A stretch of 63,123 bases of DNA, filler included, from Reticulomyxa filosa (Eukaryota; Protista; Foraminifera): assembly GCA_000512085.1 (NCBI GenBank). It is 22 parts of 22 records of this genome, joined end to end, with 100 filler letters (N's around TTAATTAATTAA, not from the genome) between each part and the next. Parts side by side here need not be neighbours in the genome. Positions count along the whole stretch, not along the records: positions 1 to 7,710 come from ASPP01001916.1; positions 7,811 to 10,034 come from ASPP01013298.1; positions 10,135 to 11,551 come from ASPP01029588.1; positions 11,652 to 13,508 come from ASPP01027508.1; 18 more parts are not named here. One strand, written 5' to 3'. This document shows positions 1 through 13,335 of the stretch, piece after piece (the stretch's first letter is position 1; each line of letters opens with the position of its first letter). The notes under the pieces were generated by a model. The model was not told the DNA's origin, made no database searches, and worked only from the letters and a program-made list of their open reading frames with translations. Both the position numbers and the translations under genes were made by a program.

Positions 1-286
1 TGTTAATAATGTGCAATTTTTTTATTTATAACTGACTACCAACAAAATAAAAGAATATATTTGTTCAAGTTACTGATAACAAGCAGTAAGTCTAATACTT
101 TTTCTTCCTTACAAAAAAACCGAAAAAAACATCAATTTAACTTTTGAGCCAATTTATTTTATTTAAAAAACGAGCTTTTGTTTGAATAATTTATTGCACT
201 GTGATATGTTTTTTGTTGTTTTTTTTAAAGTCAGGTCATATCCCCCTTTTAAAAAAATACTAAAGAGATTCAGGAACATTAATAGC

Positions 287-2606
287 ATGACTAATCGAAC
301 TACGACACAGAAATCTCGTAAAAAGCAAGCTGAGAAAACTGAACAAAGTCAATATCTTATTGCTTCGACTTCCATTCAAGTTTTGAAGGATTTACCCACT
401 CCATTTGTTCTGTCTCAATGTGTGCTATATAAACATGAAATCATCATCTGTGGAGGTTATGAAGAAAGAGCTTGTTATTCTTATCATACACTCAAAAACG
501 AATACAAGTTTATCTGTGAATATCCAAGTGATGTTACATTAATTGGACACTGTGTAGTGAAACTGATAGATAACAACAGCAAAGAAAGAAATCAAATCAC
601 TTTGTTGTCTTTTGGTGGATATTATAAACATGCATTGGTGATGAAATATGTAAGTATTTGGAGTAATGATGACAATAATGATAATAAAAATGAAAAAAGT
701 GAATCAAATGAATTAAATAAATTAAAGAAACCAAACAATTGCAATGAATGGGTTCCTTTTACAGACGATCACAATAATCCAATTATCATTGGAAGAGATA
801 ATGATGAGTATATGGGAGTGCGTGCAGTGATCGATGGAAGCAATAATCATTTGTTATTTATCACTTATTCTTCAAAGAATATTAGTGTGTTTGATTTAAA
901 TAGATTTCAATTTATTAAACATGATACTTTACCAACTAGTAATTATATTCATTATCATTGCTTTGTATCGAAATCAGCAAATAGGCAAAAAGTGACAAAA
1001 ACAAATGAAGAAAAAAATGAGAGTAAAAAGAAACTAAATAACGAAATGCTGTTATTTTGTGAAAAGACTGGATTATCAATTACATATGATGAAGATAGCA
1101 ATACTTTTCAATATTATAAACTAGGTATTTGTAAAAATATTTCATCATTTAGCCAGTATGCATATGTGTTTATTAATGATGCTATTTTATTCTTTGGTGG
1201 ATATGGTCATAAAGCTGGTAAGTATGCTGTCTCGAAGAGAGTATATAAGTATTCAATACAAGAAAGTACATGGATTACATTTGAACATACTTTGCCCATG
1301 CGATTGTATGGTTGTTTTGGAAATATTGAGTGAAGATAACAATTATATACATATTATTGGGGGATGCAATGACAAAATCATCTCAATATCAGCAAATATG
1401 AAGACAAAAGTGGATGTATGGAGAGATGCTTCACATTTGGTAATATTCTTTTTGACCTTTTTGAATTATATTCACTTTTTTTTGTAATTAAAACACACAA
1501 AGAAATTACTGTAACTGATTAACAAATACTCAACAACAGCCAAAAGATGAAATGAAAATTGTTATTCAATATTGGATTCGAATTTTAAAGGTCAAATTAG
1601 CGTTGATCGATGATCTTAACAATATCATTATCAAATATGTTAAGTAATGTTTTTTTTTTTTTTTTTTTTTTTTTGTTTTGCATATGCATGACTGTTATTA
1701 CATAATCCACATATTTCCAATAGGTAAAAGGTTTTCAATTGTTGATGGTTTTGCAAAGCGCATGACAATATAGTGAACAGTGTGATATTTTCTGCAGATG
1801 GTCGTAAGATTGTATCGGCATCACGTGACTGTACTGTTCGAATATGGGATGCTAAATCGGGAAAACAACTTCAAATTTTCAGAGGACATGCTAAGCAAGT
1901 TTTTGCCGCGAGATTTTCACCAGATGGAAATACTGTTGTTTCATGCTCAGAAGATGGGACAATTCGATTATGGGATGTCAATACAGGGACTGAAATGATG
2001 AAATTGAAAAGTGATACCAATGTGGAATGTGATGTAAACTTTTCTCCGGATGGAAAATATATTGTATCAGGTTTGCAAGATAGGACAATACGATTATGGG
2101 ATATACATTCTGGAATAGAAATCAGACAATTATCGGGACATTCAAAAAGTATATGGAGTGCGCAATTTTCACCAGATGGTAAAATGATAGTATCATCATC
2201 ACATGATAAAACAATTAATCTGTGGAATGTAGAGTCTGGAGAAATATTGAAACAATTCAAAGGAAAGTCTGATTGTGTAACACGAGCAAAATTTTCTCCA
2301 GATGGACGATTCATTATATGTTCATTTACTGACACTGTTCGAATATGGCACATTAAGACAGGAAAATCGAAAACACTTAAAAAACATTTAAGCAATGTAC
2401 GCGACGCAAAATACTTTCCAGATAGTCGAACAATTGTATTGTGCTCAGACGGTAATAGAATTCGATTGTGGCACGTAAATACGAGCAGGGCAATACAAAA
2501 CTTGAGAGGATTTTCTAAGTCTATGGTATGTATAGATGTTTCTCAAAATGGTAATACAATCGCAGCAGGATCCACAGATTGTAAAATTCAAATCTGGGAA
2601 TTATAA
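287..2606 (+). CDS. Kelch-like beta-propeller + HWIR module + WD40-repeat protein (3 exons, 2 apparent frameshifts)
   Basis: Kelch-like motifs IIICGGY, ILFFGGYG and IHIIGG. Exon 1540-1638 is PKDEMKIVIQYWIRILKVKLALIDDLNNIIIKY. About 7 WD40 repeats (GH...FSPDG...IRLWD) lie in 1773-2606. Frame breaks near 1320 and 1755 are either sequencing errors or pseudogenisation. Confidence 0.8.
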
Positions 2607-3399
2607 AATCAAACACAATTTTTTTGTTAAAGATGCAAGATATGAATATAAAACTTGCTTTTTTTTTGTTCGTATTTATTTTGGATAATTTTCTGAAGAC
2701 TGACTTTGTTCATAAATATTTGTCTTTTATTAATCATTCAAGAATCCAAGTTATGACATTTTTGACTTAATTTCATTATCCCGTCTTTTCTTTGACAGTA
2801 TTTCAAGTTAAGAACAAAACGACATACACAGCTTTTGTATATTGGAAATGGATAACTTTTTTTTAGTTAGACAAAAAGACTTCTTGTGATGGCACAACAC
2901 TCCATAGAAATGTGGAATGCATTTTTTCACAATTTTTTAATGTTAGATCTATCATAGTTTTTAACACAATTTAAATGAGTTATAACTTTTACTTTGATCA
3001 CTACAAAAATTATTGCATTTCCAAAAGGAAAATTGACAGTAAACTTCTAAAATCAAAACTAATTTATTTCCTTTATTTATGAAATATCTGACATCATGCT
3101 CTCTTGAATATTTGCAAACTGCAATTGACATAAAGTCTTTGTTGAAAACATAACCATTAAACGAAAGTAATTGAACAGAACAAAACTGTTTTCAGCCAGT
3201 TCAAATGAATTTTTTTGATCCTCTGTGTTATTGTAATTCTTTTTAATGCAGTGATAACTTTTGAAAACAAAAAAGTGTTTTGAATTACAAAGTATCGTTG
3301 CAATTTTGCCAAAGAAAATGTACAAGAGTGGAGCGAGAGTGAAAAGAGGTTTCGAAAAAAGCTCTCTATTCCACTCCAGATTCAATTTTTCCAGGACCA

Positions 3400-3802
3400 T
3401 TTAGAGGAAACATCATCTGTTCAATTCTGGCCTGATAGCACCACAATTGTCGGTGGCTCCGAAGATAAAACTATTCATTTTCGAGATATAATATCTGGCA
3501 AACAACTTCAATGTTTAGAGGGTCATTCAGATGTAGTTAGCTGTGTTTATTTGTCTCCGGATGGTACCAGAATTATATCAGGTTCTGATGACCATACTAT
3601 TCGATTGTGGGTTTCATCTGATGCAAGCCCTATTTTATCAGATGATAAGTCATCTCTGACAAATCCTAACAATGCAAAATCGTGGAAATGCATTTGGAAA
3701 GCTGGTAGTATTTTGTCGTTGAAGGGCAGCACATGGAAAGATTTGCAAGGCTTAACCTTATTACAAAAGTCGTCTGTTGAAACATATGGTGGGACTTTTT
3801 GA
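3400..3802 (+). pseudogene. WD40-repeat gene 3' remnant
   Basis: IVGGSEDKTIHF, LEGHSDVVSCV and SPDGTRIISGSDDHTIRLW, followed by a non-WD tail ending ETYGGTF*. No recognisable 5' part. Confidence 0.7.
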
Positions 3803-4242
3803 AAAATAAAAAATATTTGTAAATATTGAGTACAATGCTTTTGGAATTCAAAACTATGTATTATTTTTGAAAACTTAAATTATTTCCAAATGATACAGTA
3901 TTTATCGTCTAATTTTTTTGTTTCTTCACTCGACTGTATATCAACCAATCAAATTAGCTAAACTCATTTTGGCACAGTCTTCCGTGCTACTTTTCATAAT
4001 AATGAAAAGGAGGCAAAAACATTGCGATTAGTTTGAATTTTAGAACAGCAAAACAATGGAATAGTCATTGAAAATAGGTAAAAAGGTACAATCGAAGTAT
4101 ATATTAAATAAGTGCCACCTTTTCAATAAAAAAAGAGTGATTGATTCAAATTTTTAAGAGGATAACCTGAAAATTCAAGTACCAGAGCAGTTCATTTATA
4201 AATAATACTAAATGTTTACCAACGAGGGGCATTAGAAACAGC

Positions 4243-4530
4243 AGTGACGAAGCAGCAGGTAAAACCTGTTTTCTGATAGCATACACAACAAGAGCCTTTC
4301 CAAGTGAATATATTCCCACTATGCTTGACAATTGCTCTGTCAATATAACATGGTAAAACGCTATGTTTCAAATTCAATTGTATGACATCTCAGTAAGTTC
4401 AATATCTATTTTTTTACTCCACACATTGCAACACAATTCGTAATATCATGTGCACAAATAATGCGACCTACAACAGGACGTAGACAACACATATGCACAT
4501 CTAGACTCTCTTTTGACCCACTCCAAACAA
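4243..4530 (+). pseudogene. Rac/Rho-family small GTPase pseudogene fragment
   Basis: Manual translation gives [34 protein letters not shown], compared with Rac [34 protein letters not shown]. An in-frame stop follows, then a degenerate QLYDIS (cf. LWDTAG) and a GTAAG donor. Confidence 0.75.
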
Positions 4531-5428
4531 TAAGTGCTGATATCACCTGAAGCTTGTCTTTTCAAAATATAGAAACCAAATGGACTTCTAAAATCATGCA
4601 ATGTATTTTTGGTTTTGTTTTTTTTAAAAGTCTTTGGATACGTACAAATATATGAACAGACTTTTTTTTGGAATAGTATTATGCAATCTTCCAATTCAAA
4701 GCGATACGAAAGGAGAGTAATTATCTTTATCGAAATCAATAACCTTCGTCATGGTAGTCATTAAAAGAAAATAAACAAATTCATGAGTGGCTGTTGATTT
4801 TGCCTTTTGTTAAATTTCTCTAAATAGTTTTTTCTTTGTAAACTCAAGCAGATTTAACTTGTTGTTTCTCAAATTATTGTTTAAAATAATGTTTTTGTTA
4901 TTTATATGCCCAAGTGATGAAAAGGCATATATAATATGATATCAGAAAGGATGTATTTGCTTTGCGCATAGCCACAACATAGAGATAGATATCTTAAGAT
5001 AAACTATTCTAGAGATATTAAAGGATCTCTTTATCTGATTGCATGTTTTTGAATTACTTATCATTCACATCTTGCTTCAGGAGAAAATGCTGCAATCTGC
5101 TGTTCTTTTTACTTTATCCTATTTGAGTGTTCGATAATACCAAAAAAAATTGCAAATAGGCTTAAAAAAACAATTCTAAAAAATTAGTAGTGATCTGCAA
5201 TGAAAAAAACACAATATTTGAACTATCTTGCAATTTATTTTGATATTTGAATAAAATTTTTATTTATAATGTTTTAATTCTTTAAAAACATTTCACGCAA
5301 CTCTTTGAACAAAGTAAAATAGAACGCATCTTTCAATTTTTGCATTCAATCAAATCAAACAAGTTTAATATCAACTTGCTTTCTTTTTCAAACAAAACAA
5401 TTTCATTTCTTATTCGACAAAAAGTCAA

Positions 5429-5872
5429 TTATCCCCAAAGACCAATGCGACCTCTCGATGAACCATAACACAAAATCAAATTATATGTAACATTATTTGT
5501 CTGATCTTTCTTTTTCAATTCAATAAATTTAAGACAATATATTCCATAATCTTTTTTCTCATCTCCTTCGATCACATATAACTCTTCCTTATTTGATCGA
5601 GTATCCCAAAAACGAATTGTATTATCCGATGATCCAGAACATATCACATTTGAATTACCAATATTATTCTTTATTACAAATGGTGAATATTCAACAGAAA
5701 ATACTTGATTTGTATGTCCATTGAACACTTGAATTTGTTGACCAAATCGAATATCCCACAAACGAATACTTTTATCGGATGATCCAGATAATATTGTATT
5801 CGCTAATTCATTTGGTCCATATTTTACACTACTAACATAATCAATACTATTTTCATTTCTATAAGATGTCAT
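5429..5872 (-). pseudogene. G-beta-like WD40 gene, C-terminal fragment
   Basis: ILSGSSDKSIRLWD, GHTNQVFSVEYSP, ICSGSSDNTIRFWD, ending LCYGSSRGRIGLWG*. N-terminal repeats are absent. Confidence 0.75.
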
Positions 5873-7359
5873 TTTAGGTGTCAGCTTTGCTTTGCATTTT
5901 ACTGTAAAGGAATAGATGAATTTGTCTTATTTCCATTTTCCAATTTATTCATTTCAATATTATTTTATTATTTTTTTAAAAAAAGTGTACAAAGATTTAA
6001 TTGATATGTAACATTCCATTAAATATTTTGCATATGTGAAAGTATTGATTTTTTTCTTACAATGATACAATTGTATTTACTCATGGCTATATTCTACCAT
6101 TGATCAAATGGCTGTATTTTCCTTTGATGATAAAACAGTTATTTATAAAATCCAAAATTAGGTAAAGGACTAGCAAAGACTTCTGATTTTGTTATTCTAA
6201 ACCATCTGATGGTAACTAAAGCCATCACAAAAAAGTATTACACTGACTACGATTATTCTTCACAAATACAGTGGATTGAATATTTCATACCACATCTGAA
6301 GATTATTGATTTGATTTTCCATTTTTTTATGTTATTTTGTTTTAATGACTTTTTTGATATTCAAGATTTAAATTATTGTCAAAGTCTTTTAAATATTACT
6401 TCTTTTGAATACTTTACATTACTTGTGATTTTGCTTTATCATTTTAAACTAACTTGACGTGTTAAATTAAAAGAAGAAAACAAATATCTTTAAAAATTAA
6501 AACACTAAAATCTAGTTCGTTTATTTAATAGTATTTATTAACTGAATAGAAAACAATGCAACAATGAAGAAAAAAAAGTCAAACATATTGTATAAGCTCC
6601 CTATTTGAGTATTTCTATTTATGTTGTCTCCATTTTGTCGCATTTTATTGTAATTTTTTAAGAACAAAAAATTTAAATTGACATCAAAGAAAAGATCCTT
6701 GGATTGTGTATCTTCATTTTTTTTTTAAAGAATAAAATTATTCGCTGAAGTATCAACACAGTATTAATTTGAATACCTTCAAAAGTATCATTGGTGAAAA
6801 AAAAGACAAAAATAATGAACAATAAAATTCATGTAATTGAATTTCCTAGCGTAACCTAAAATATTTAAACTCTTTTTATGTTATCATTTGCACATGAGAT
6901 ACGCTTGAATATACATTTCTACCTAGTTCTTTTTTCTTTTTCACAGTTCTTAAATGATGGTGCAATCTCGTTTCATTCTTAAGAAGAGAAAATTACCAAA
7001 GGCTGTACTGCGTCAAGTTTCCTTTTTTGCAACTAAACTTTAAATTGTTTGAATTGAAAAGTCCTAAAGTCTTCCCCTTTTTGTATGGAACGACCAAGTA
7101 AAAAACAAACAAATATGCTGTATTCATTTTTTGCGTGAAGTTTGCAAATAAAGTCTCATCTTTAACAATAAATGTTTTATCTACTTCTCACATAATTTTA
7201 GTATTTAGAATATGTTATCTTTTTAATTTTTAAAAGAAAACAACTTTGTAACATAAATTTTTTGTACCAAAAAAAAATTCATCAGTTCAAAAGAGCTTCA
7301 AAAAAAAACTCCGTATCATTCATATCAAGCAAGAAAATAATAATTAAACATTGGCTGAG

Positions 7360-7710
7360 ATGGAAAACGAAATTCAAAAAATAAAACAAGAAACGCAAGT
7401 GAACTTAAACTTATCAATAAGAGTTAAGTCCAACTTAACTTTAAGTTTTTACTGTTTATTTTATTTATCGTTATAACATGTAATTAAAATAGTCAAAAGA
7501 AGAAGAGACCCAAATAATTATTCATCATTGGATTCGAACATTAAACATTAAATTAGGATGGATCAAAGATTTTGACAAAATTGTTGTCAATTATGTTAGT
7601 TCATTTGTCTTTCTTTTTTTAAATACTAACCAAAATATTCAAATGTTTATTTAACTAGGCATCTACTGTCTTCATGTTTGACACATTTTGTTCATCATCC
7701 AAATTAATCA
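7360..7710 (+). CDS. 5' end of an HWIR-module gene (probably WD40 family), cut by the contig end
   Basis: Exon MENEIQKIKQETQVNLNLSIR, exon 7493-7594 SKEEETQIIIHHWIRTLNIKLGWIKDFDKIVVNY, then exon ASTVFMFDTFCSSSKLI. All boundaries are GT-AG. Confidence 0.7.
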
Positions 7711-7810
7711 NNNNNNNNNNNNNNNNNNNNNNNNNNNNNNNNNNNNNNNNNNNNTTAATTAATTAANNNNNNNNNNNNNNNNNNNNNNNNNNNNNNNNNN
7801 NNNNNNNNNN
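7711..7810. other. Artificial contig linker (first of 21)
   Basis: Exactly 44 N + TTAATTAATTAA (stops in all six frames) + 44 N. Identical linkers start at 7711, 10035, 11552, 13509, 14877, 16402, 18844, 24344, 26187, 27612, 29501, 31036, 32890, 36054, 38062, 39745, 51101, 52739, 53918, 55018 and 57265. Confidence 0.99.
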
Positions 7811-8136
7811 GGAATATAAAATTGGTAGGTATGACTATTGGTCTTTTAGTAGCTCAAATAATTTAAGAACGTTCAAACGTGGTTAAATAGCTTATTCCAG
7901 TTATTTAAAGATTACAAGCAATGGCCGAAATTAACCCAAGATGATGTTTTAATATTGTGCCTTAATTGCATCACAAATAAAGTAACTTCTTAATATAGAA
8001 AGCAGCCCACTTGATAAACATCATTTTCTTTTTACAGCAAGCAATAAGGGCCGAAGTTTTAAAAGAGTGAAGGACCAGGAACTTTGCAGTGATCAAAAAA
8101 TACCCCGGTAGCTACGAATAAATAAATAAAAAAAAA

Positions 8137-8915
8137 ATGCAAAAAGCATTGATATCACGTTTCCCTGTCATTCGACCATGGAACAATTTTGTGGAGAGTT
8201 TTGGATCTCCGACGCATCTGGAGGAAAGAATATGTACGAATTTGTCGTATTATGCTGGCAACTATTTGTTGATAGCAGCGGTTTTGTTTGTTTCACCTGG
8301 TAAGAGTTGACTGCGATATAACGGGAGCAAGTGCAATTTTTTTTTATTTTTTGTTTTGAAGTTAATTTAAAAAAAAAAAAAAACAACAAACAAATAAATT
8401 GGCAGCATCACAAATCCCCCGCTGTTCGTAACGGTTGCATTTTGTGTTGGCGGAAGCGTTGTTATGAGCAACTTTTTGTCGAACCGCGTGAAAGGTAAAG
8501 CAAAGTCGTCCAAGTCAGCAAGTAAAAAATCGGGCAAGCAGACCCCGACAAGGACAGACGCAAAGTCTGAGGAATTGCGTCAAGAGAACAGACAACTGGC
8601 ACAATTTTATATCTATTTTGCGATCTTTGCATGCTTTGTTGCTGGTGGATTGAATCTTCTCGTCGCCATTCTCTTATCTTTGCTGAGTTAGTTTTTTTTT
8701 TTTAAAAAAAAAAAAAACGGGATGGAAACGTCTATATTAAATAATCTGTTTTTTGTTTTCTTTTATATCTAAAATTAGTCTGCTTGGGACACTCAACCTT
8801 TCGAACAAGAACGGTGGCAGCCAGAGTAATTCATTGGGCCGATGCTTACCAAGGCTTTGGCCCCATCAGCACACTTGCTGACTATTTAGCAGACATTGAT
8901 ATGGACAGCTCTTAA
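8137..8915 (+). CDS. PRA1 (prenylated Rab acceptor) family membrane protein, 3 exons
   Basis: Exon 1 is missed by the ORF track and reads MQKALISRFPVIRPWNNFVESFGSPTHLEERICTNLSYYAGNYLLI, matching the PRA1 pattern RPWxxF...R...NLxYYxxNY. Two hydrophobic segments follow, and the C-terminus has LGHSTFRTR (cf. HAxxR). A 1-nt phase mismatch near 8290 lies in T runs. Confidence 0.8.
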
Positions 8916-9213
8916 TACTTTTTTTTTTTGGATGATGACGTGTGTGATGAAAGGAGGAGAAGGGGGGGTGCATTTTTTTTTTGTTGAGTTTTTATGTTTA
9001 GTTTGCAATTTTATCCTATTTTTATTACAATTTTAAACCATGTTTGTTTGAATAAATTGACCTTAAAGAACGACACAGGTCTTTGATGAAAGTTTTCTAA
9101 AACAAGTTGCAAGGATATTGATAATCTTTTTTTTTGTTGTTACAGAAGGGGGCAGAAATACGTTCATTTTTTTAAAAAAAAAAAACTTTTTGCATTGTGC
9201 ATAATCTATCAAA

Positions 9214-9990
9214 ATGGCACAAGAGAAAGAGTCTAAAATTAAAACCAAAACGGCTCGAAATAATGGTGGAGCAAAACGGAAGCCCTTATATCCAGGTTGG
9301 GGTTCAGGAGAAATAGCGTACGTGGGCACGTTTCAAGTGCGCACAGTAAACGAGATCAGCCGAAGCGATTTGAATAAGGGAGATAAAATAGTCCTTCCGG
9401 CGTCTGCGTTGACATCGATTCAGCGTTTGCGCTTGCCGTTTCCTTTGATATTTGAAATACGTCCCTCTTCAAGTGTGGGCAACACGCATTCCAATTGTTA
9501 AGTATCGGAATTTTAAAAATTTTTTTGAACATCCGTTCTCCCTCCCTTTTTTTTTTTTTTTTTTGAAGTGAGGTCGTGTTCCTTCACCCAATCAGAACTT
9601 CAAAAAAAAAAAAAAAAAAAAACAGATGAAGCATGTCGAAAGGAATACCGCAAAAGAATAGAAAAAGTATACGACGAAGTGAACCCGAGCAAGAAGAGCG
9701 AAATTGGCAAATTGATGCGCAAGTATTCGCAAGATTGGTACGGATTGTACGTGAAGATTTGCAAAAAGTACGAAAAGAAGGCAGAGCCCCCGTTGAGTCA
9801 AGACCGCTTTTCGTTGACAGTCAAGAGCACGCTGCATCGCAAGTTAAGTGCGTTCAAACAGTACTGCGGAGTAATGGACTTTAGCAGTCCTGTCGATCAT
9901 CACGCGTATATCCCTCAATGGATGATGAACAATCTGCATCTCGTCTCTGGTGACTCTGTCGAAATACAATCGCAATTTAGCATTCCAAAA
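9214..9990 (+). CDS. UFD1-like protein (partial) with an inserted helical domain
   Basis: GDKIVLPASAL...PFPLIFEI and YCGVMDFSS...AYIPQWMMNNLHL..GD match the UFD1 N-domain. Intron at about 9498-9625; truncated at the contig end. Confidence 0.85.
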
Positions 9991-10299
9991 GTTTATATAC
10001 ATATATATATATATATATATATTTATTTTTTTTANNNNNNNNNNNNNNNNNNNNNNNNNNNNNNNNNNNNNNNNNNNNTTAATTAATTAANNNNNNNNNN
10101 NNNNNNNNNNNNNNNNNNNNNNNNNNNNNNNNNNAAAAATGAATCATGCTTCTTACTCTTTGAGACCTTTACAAACATGTATTAGGCATGGTCGATGCTT
10201 TGCTTCCGTTGCGCATGAATATTTACCAAAACAATACACGTTTTGGAACCAAGATATTCCGGTTGGCTTTTTTTTTCCCTCCTTGAAACAGCTCTTTGA

Positions 10300-11452
10300 A
10301 TGCAAAAAAAAACATCAAATAAAACGGAACAGAAAATTGAGACAAATGCTCTGGAAAAACTGGCAAAATCGATGGAAAATAAAAACAAAGAAGTGCTACA
10401 ATCTGAGCAGAAACTCTTTTGGACAGGATCACAACAATTGCACATAATCAAAACTCACCAAGGCGTTCCAAGGCTTCCGTCTGATGTGGAATGGACAAAC
10501 AAAACCAAAAATGACTTTATATTGCAAATACATGAACTGAACACCAACCCACAAAAGAGGTTTTTTTTTTGTTTTTTTTAAAATTTATTTTATTTTTAGA
10601 TGCAAAAAAAAAGTTTGGAAATGTCAAGAAATTTTTTTTCTAAAAAAAAAAAAAAAGGGGGGAGGGGGGGGGGGGGGGGGTTAAAAACATTTTGATGAAT
10701 CATATACACATAAATGGGAAAAACAAGAGCATGGTGTAATGCATGTTATGGCTGTGCGACATTGGAAAAAGAGGAAAAAGTGAAAAAAGCCGAGCACAAA
10801 AGAGTGGAGGACGTATCGGATAAGGTGCACAAGGAACCGTATCCGCGAGCGTTAGAATACAAAATAATGAAGCAGGACGAAATATTGCAACTATTGATCG
10901 GAGAAATACTGCAATGGAAATTTATGAACAAATGGGATGCGAACGCGGATGGGAATGAAGCACAAGGAATACTGCGCGAGCAAGTGGATAAAATCGTGAG
11001 CAGATTGAAGAAAAAACAGAAACGAGTGATCATTGAAAAATATGAACAGCGCATTTTGAACGCCGACTTGTGTTACCAAAGCAAACAACGAAATGAGTTT
11101 GTGACAAAACTAGGCAACTATTCATTGCAAACAAGCTTGCGCAAACACGGAGACAGAAGCGAAAGCAAGACGACCGAAAAAGTGCAAACACAACAAGATG
11201 ATCGACTTTCGCTTTTTCTTGAAAATGTTGAACACCAACACGACCCTGAATTTGTTGCTGTCGTCACCGATCATTTGAAAAAACTCTTTGCTCTTGATCA
11301 AGCACTGTGCCTCAAACTTATTGACTTGTGGAGCACTCAAGATGCCCTGTTCCAAATTTGGACGGGCGGCTTGTCTTCAAATGAATGGCGCGATCTTTGC
11401 AAGTCCACCTCTCCGAAAAAACAACACACGCCTTCAAATGCCTTATTTTGGG
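10300..11452 (+). CDS. Hypothetical protein, internal exons
   Basis: Two long GC-richer open segments (about 10300-10559 and 10750-11452) are separated by a poly-T/poly-A/poly-G intron. No family recognised. Confidence 0.5.
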
Positions 11453-12148
11453 TATGGCATTTTATGCTTTAGAATACTTTGACGTGCATATGTACATGTA
11501 TATATGTATGTATATTACGTGTAGACAAAATTGTGACAATATATATATATANNNNNNNNNNNNNNNNNNNNNNNNNNNNNNNNNNNNNNNNNNNNTTAAT
11601 TAATTAANNNNNNNNNNNNNNNNNNNNNNNNNNNNNNNNNNNNNNNNNNNNTTTGTTTGATAGAATATCTAAAAACAAATTGTATTCGTTGTGCAACTTT
11701 CATGTGATTCAATATTGTCTTTGTACTAGAGAACATAAGAATCAGTCATAAATAACCAACTATTTGACATGCTGTATTGATTGAATATTGTAAGTTTGAA
11801 TGAAAGCAGAACAGTTCAAATGTAAAGTTTTTAAACATACTTTTTTGTGTCCGTTTTTTTTCCTTAAATTAATGGTGTATTCTTCATGATTACTGGTTAA
11901 TTCCTTTTTATTTGGTCTTGCCATCGTCGTAGGTTCAATCAACTTGTAAATCGTCGAAGCTCATCATACTTAACAAAAAATAGATATAATCATCTTCCAG
12001 ATATCCAAACACCACCTCATTATTAAACCTAAAAACAAATAAGCACTTCATAAAAAGGGTCCGTTACGTCACCTTCAAAATAAAAAATTTCATATTATAA
12101 TCTAAACTGTATTAACTTCAAGGCTAGTCTATAACAGACACTTTTTTT

Positions 12149-13110
12149 ATGGAAGATTCAGAAAGATATCAAAGAACTCTACACGAAGAAGCAACAAAAA
12201 AAATGAAAGACTATTACAAATCGCAAGACAAACTCGTTCCTTTATTTGATGATCCCGAACAATCTACTGACGCTTGTTACATTAAATTGTATCTTTTAAA
12301 TCAAACAATATTTCGACAAAGAAAGGAACAACGGACAAGCACATTAGATTATTTGATCTATGGTACTGGACAAGAAACAGTGGAAATGCAAGGCATTTGG
12401 AATGAAACAGATAATGAATTGAAAATACATCACATTAGCATTCGTGGCGAAGCAGGAAGTGGGAAGAGTGTGTTAACACAAAGAATTGCATATCTATGGG
12501 CAAATCATCAATTGTGGAATGATCGATTTCAATGGTTATTGCACATTCCACTTCAAAAAATTGCTCACATTTTTGATAATAACGAGAAGAATAACGTAAA
12601 ATATCAATGGTTGAAAATAATGAATGAATTGAATATTCCACAATGGATTACAGATGATACAGATATTGTGTATTCAAAGAATGGATTATTGATATTGGAT
12701 GGATTTGATGAAATTGCAAATGAATTGATTCGAGATCATTGAGATATTACTGAAATATGTTCACGTGGATATTTGTCATTGATGATATTTAATATCTTTT
12801 GTTGTATTTCACATGAAATGGCTTCTTGTTCAGATTTCAATCCTTCCCATGCAAGTTGTGACAAATAATCAATTTCCATTTCAAATGTATTGAACATATC
12901 TTGTTCATTTAATTTGTCTTTTATTCCATTGTCTTTATCAATGAGTCTGCTTGATAGTTATAATAATCATTTGCAGGATTTTTAAAATATGTGCAGACAT
13001 AATTTTGAATGTTTTGTTTTTGGAAGCAAATAACATTGAGTCTTGTTGATTTTTTTTCTCAAATATGAGCATGTTGCATTAGGGCAGCTTGTCATAATCA
13101 CGCAATATTT
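12149..13110 (+). pseudogene. NACHT (STAND) NTPase pseudogene with an inverted distal segment
   Basis: Walker A IRGEAGSGKS and Walker B LLILDGFDE lie on +. The expected continuation (VIMTSCPNA; EIDYLSQLAWEGLK) is on the - strand at about 12722-13110, with stops and frameshifts. Confidence 0.8.
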
Positions 13111-13335
13111 TCTTTTTTTAGTACAAGTAAAAGACTCGAACACAAGAGTTATTAGCATGAATTATGTGTATCAATGTTTATTCTTGTAAGTATTACGTGA
13201 AAAGATTTTTTTGTTTTTTTTTTGAGTTGGAGATATTTCTTCGTGTAAAAAAACAAAAATTTTATTTTCAATTATAAATGAAAAAAGTACTCAAAGATTG
13301 TTATTTGAATATTTCCTTAATTCATCAAAATAGTA

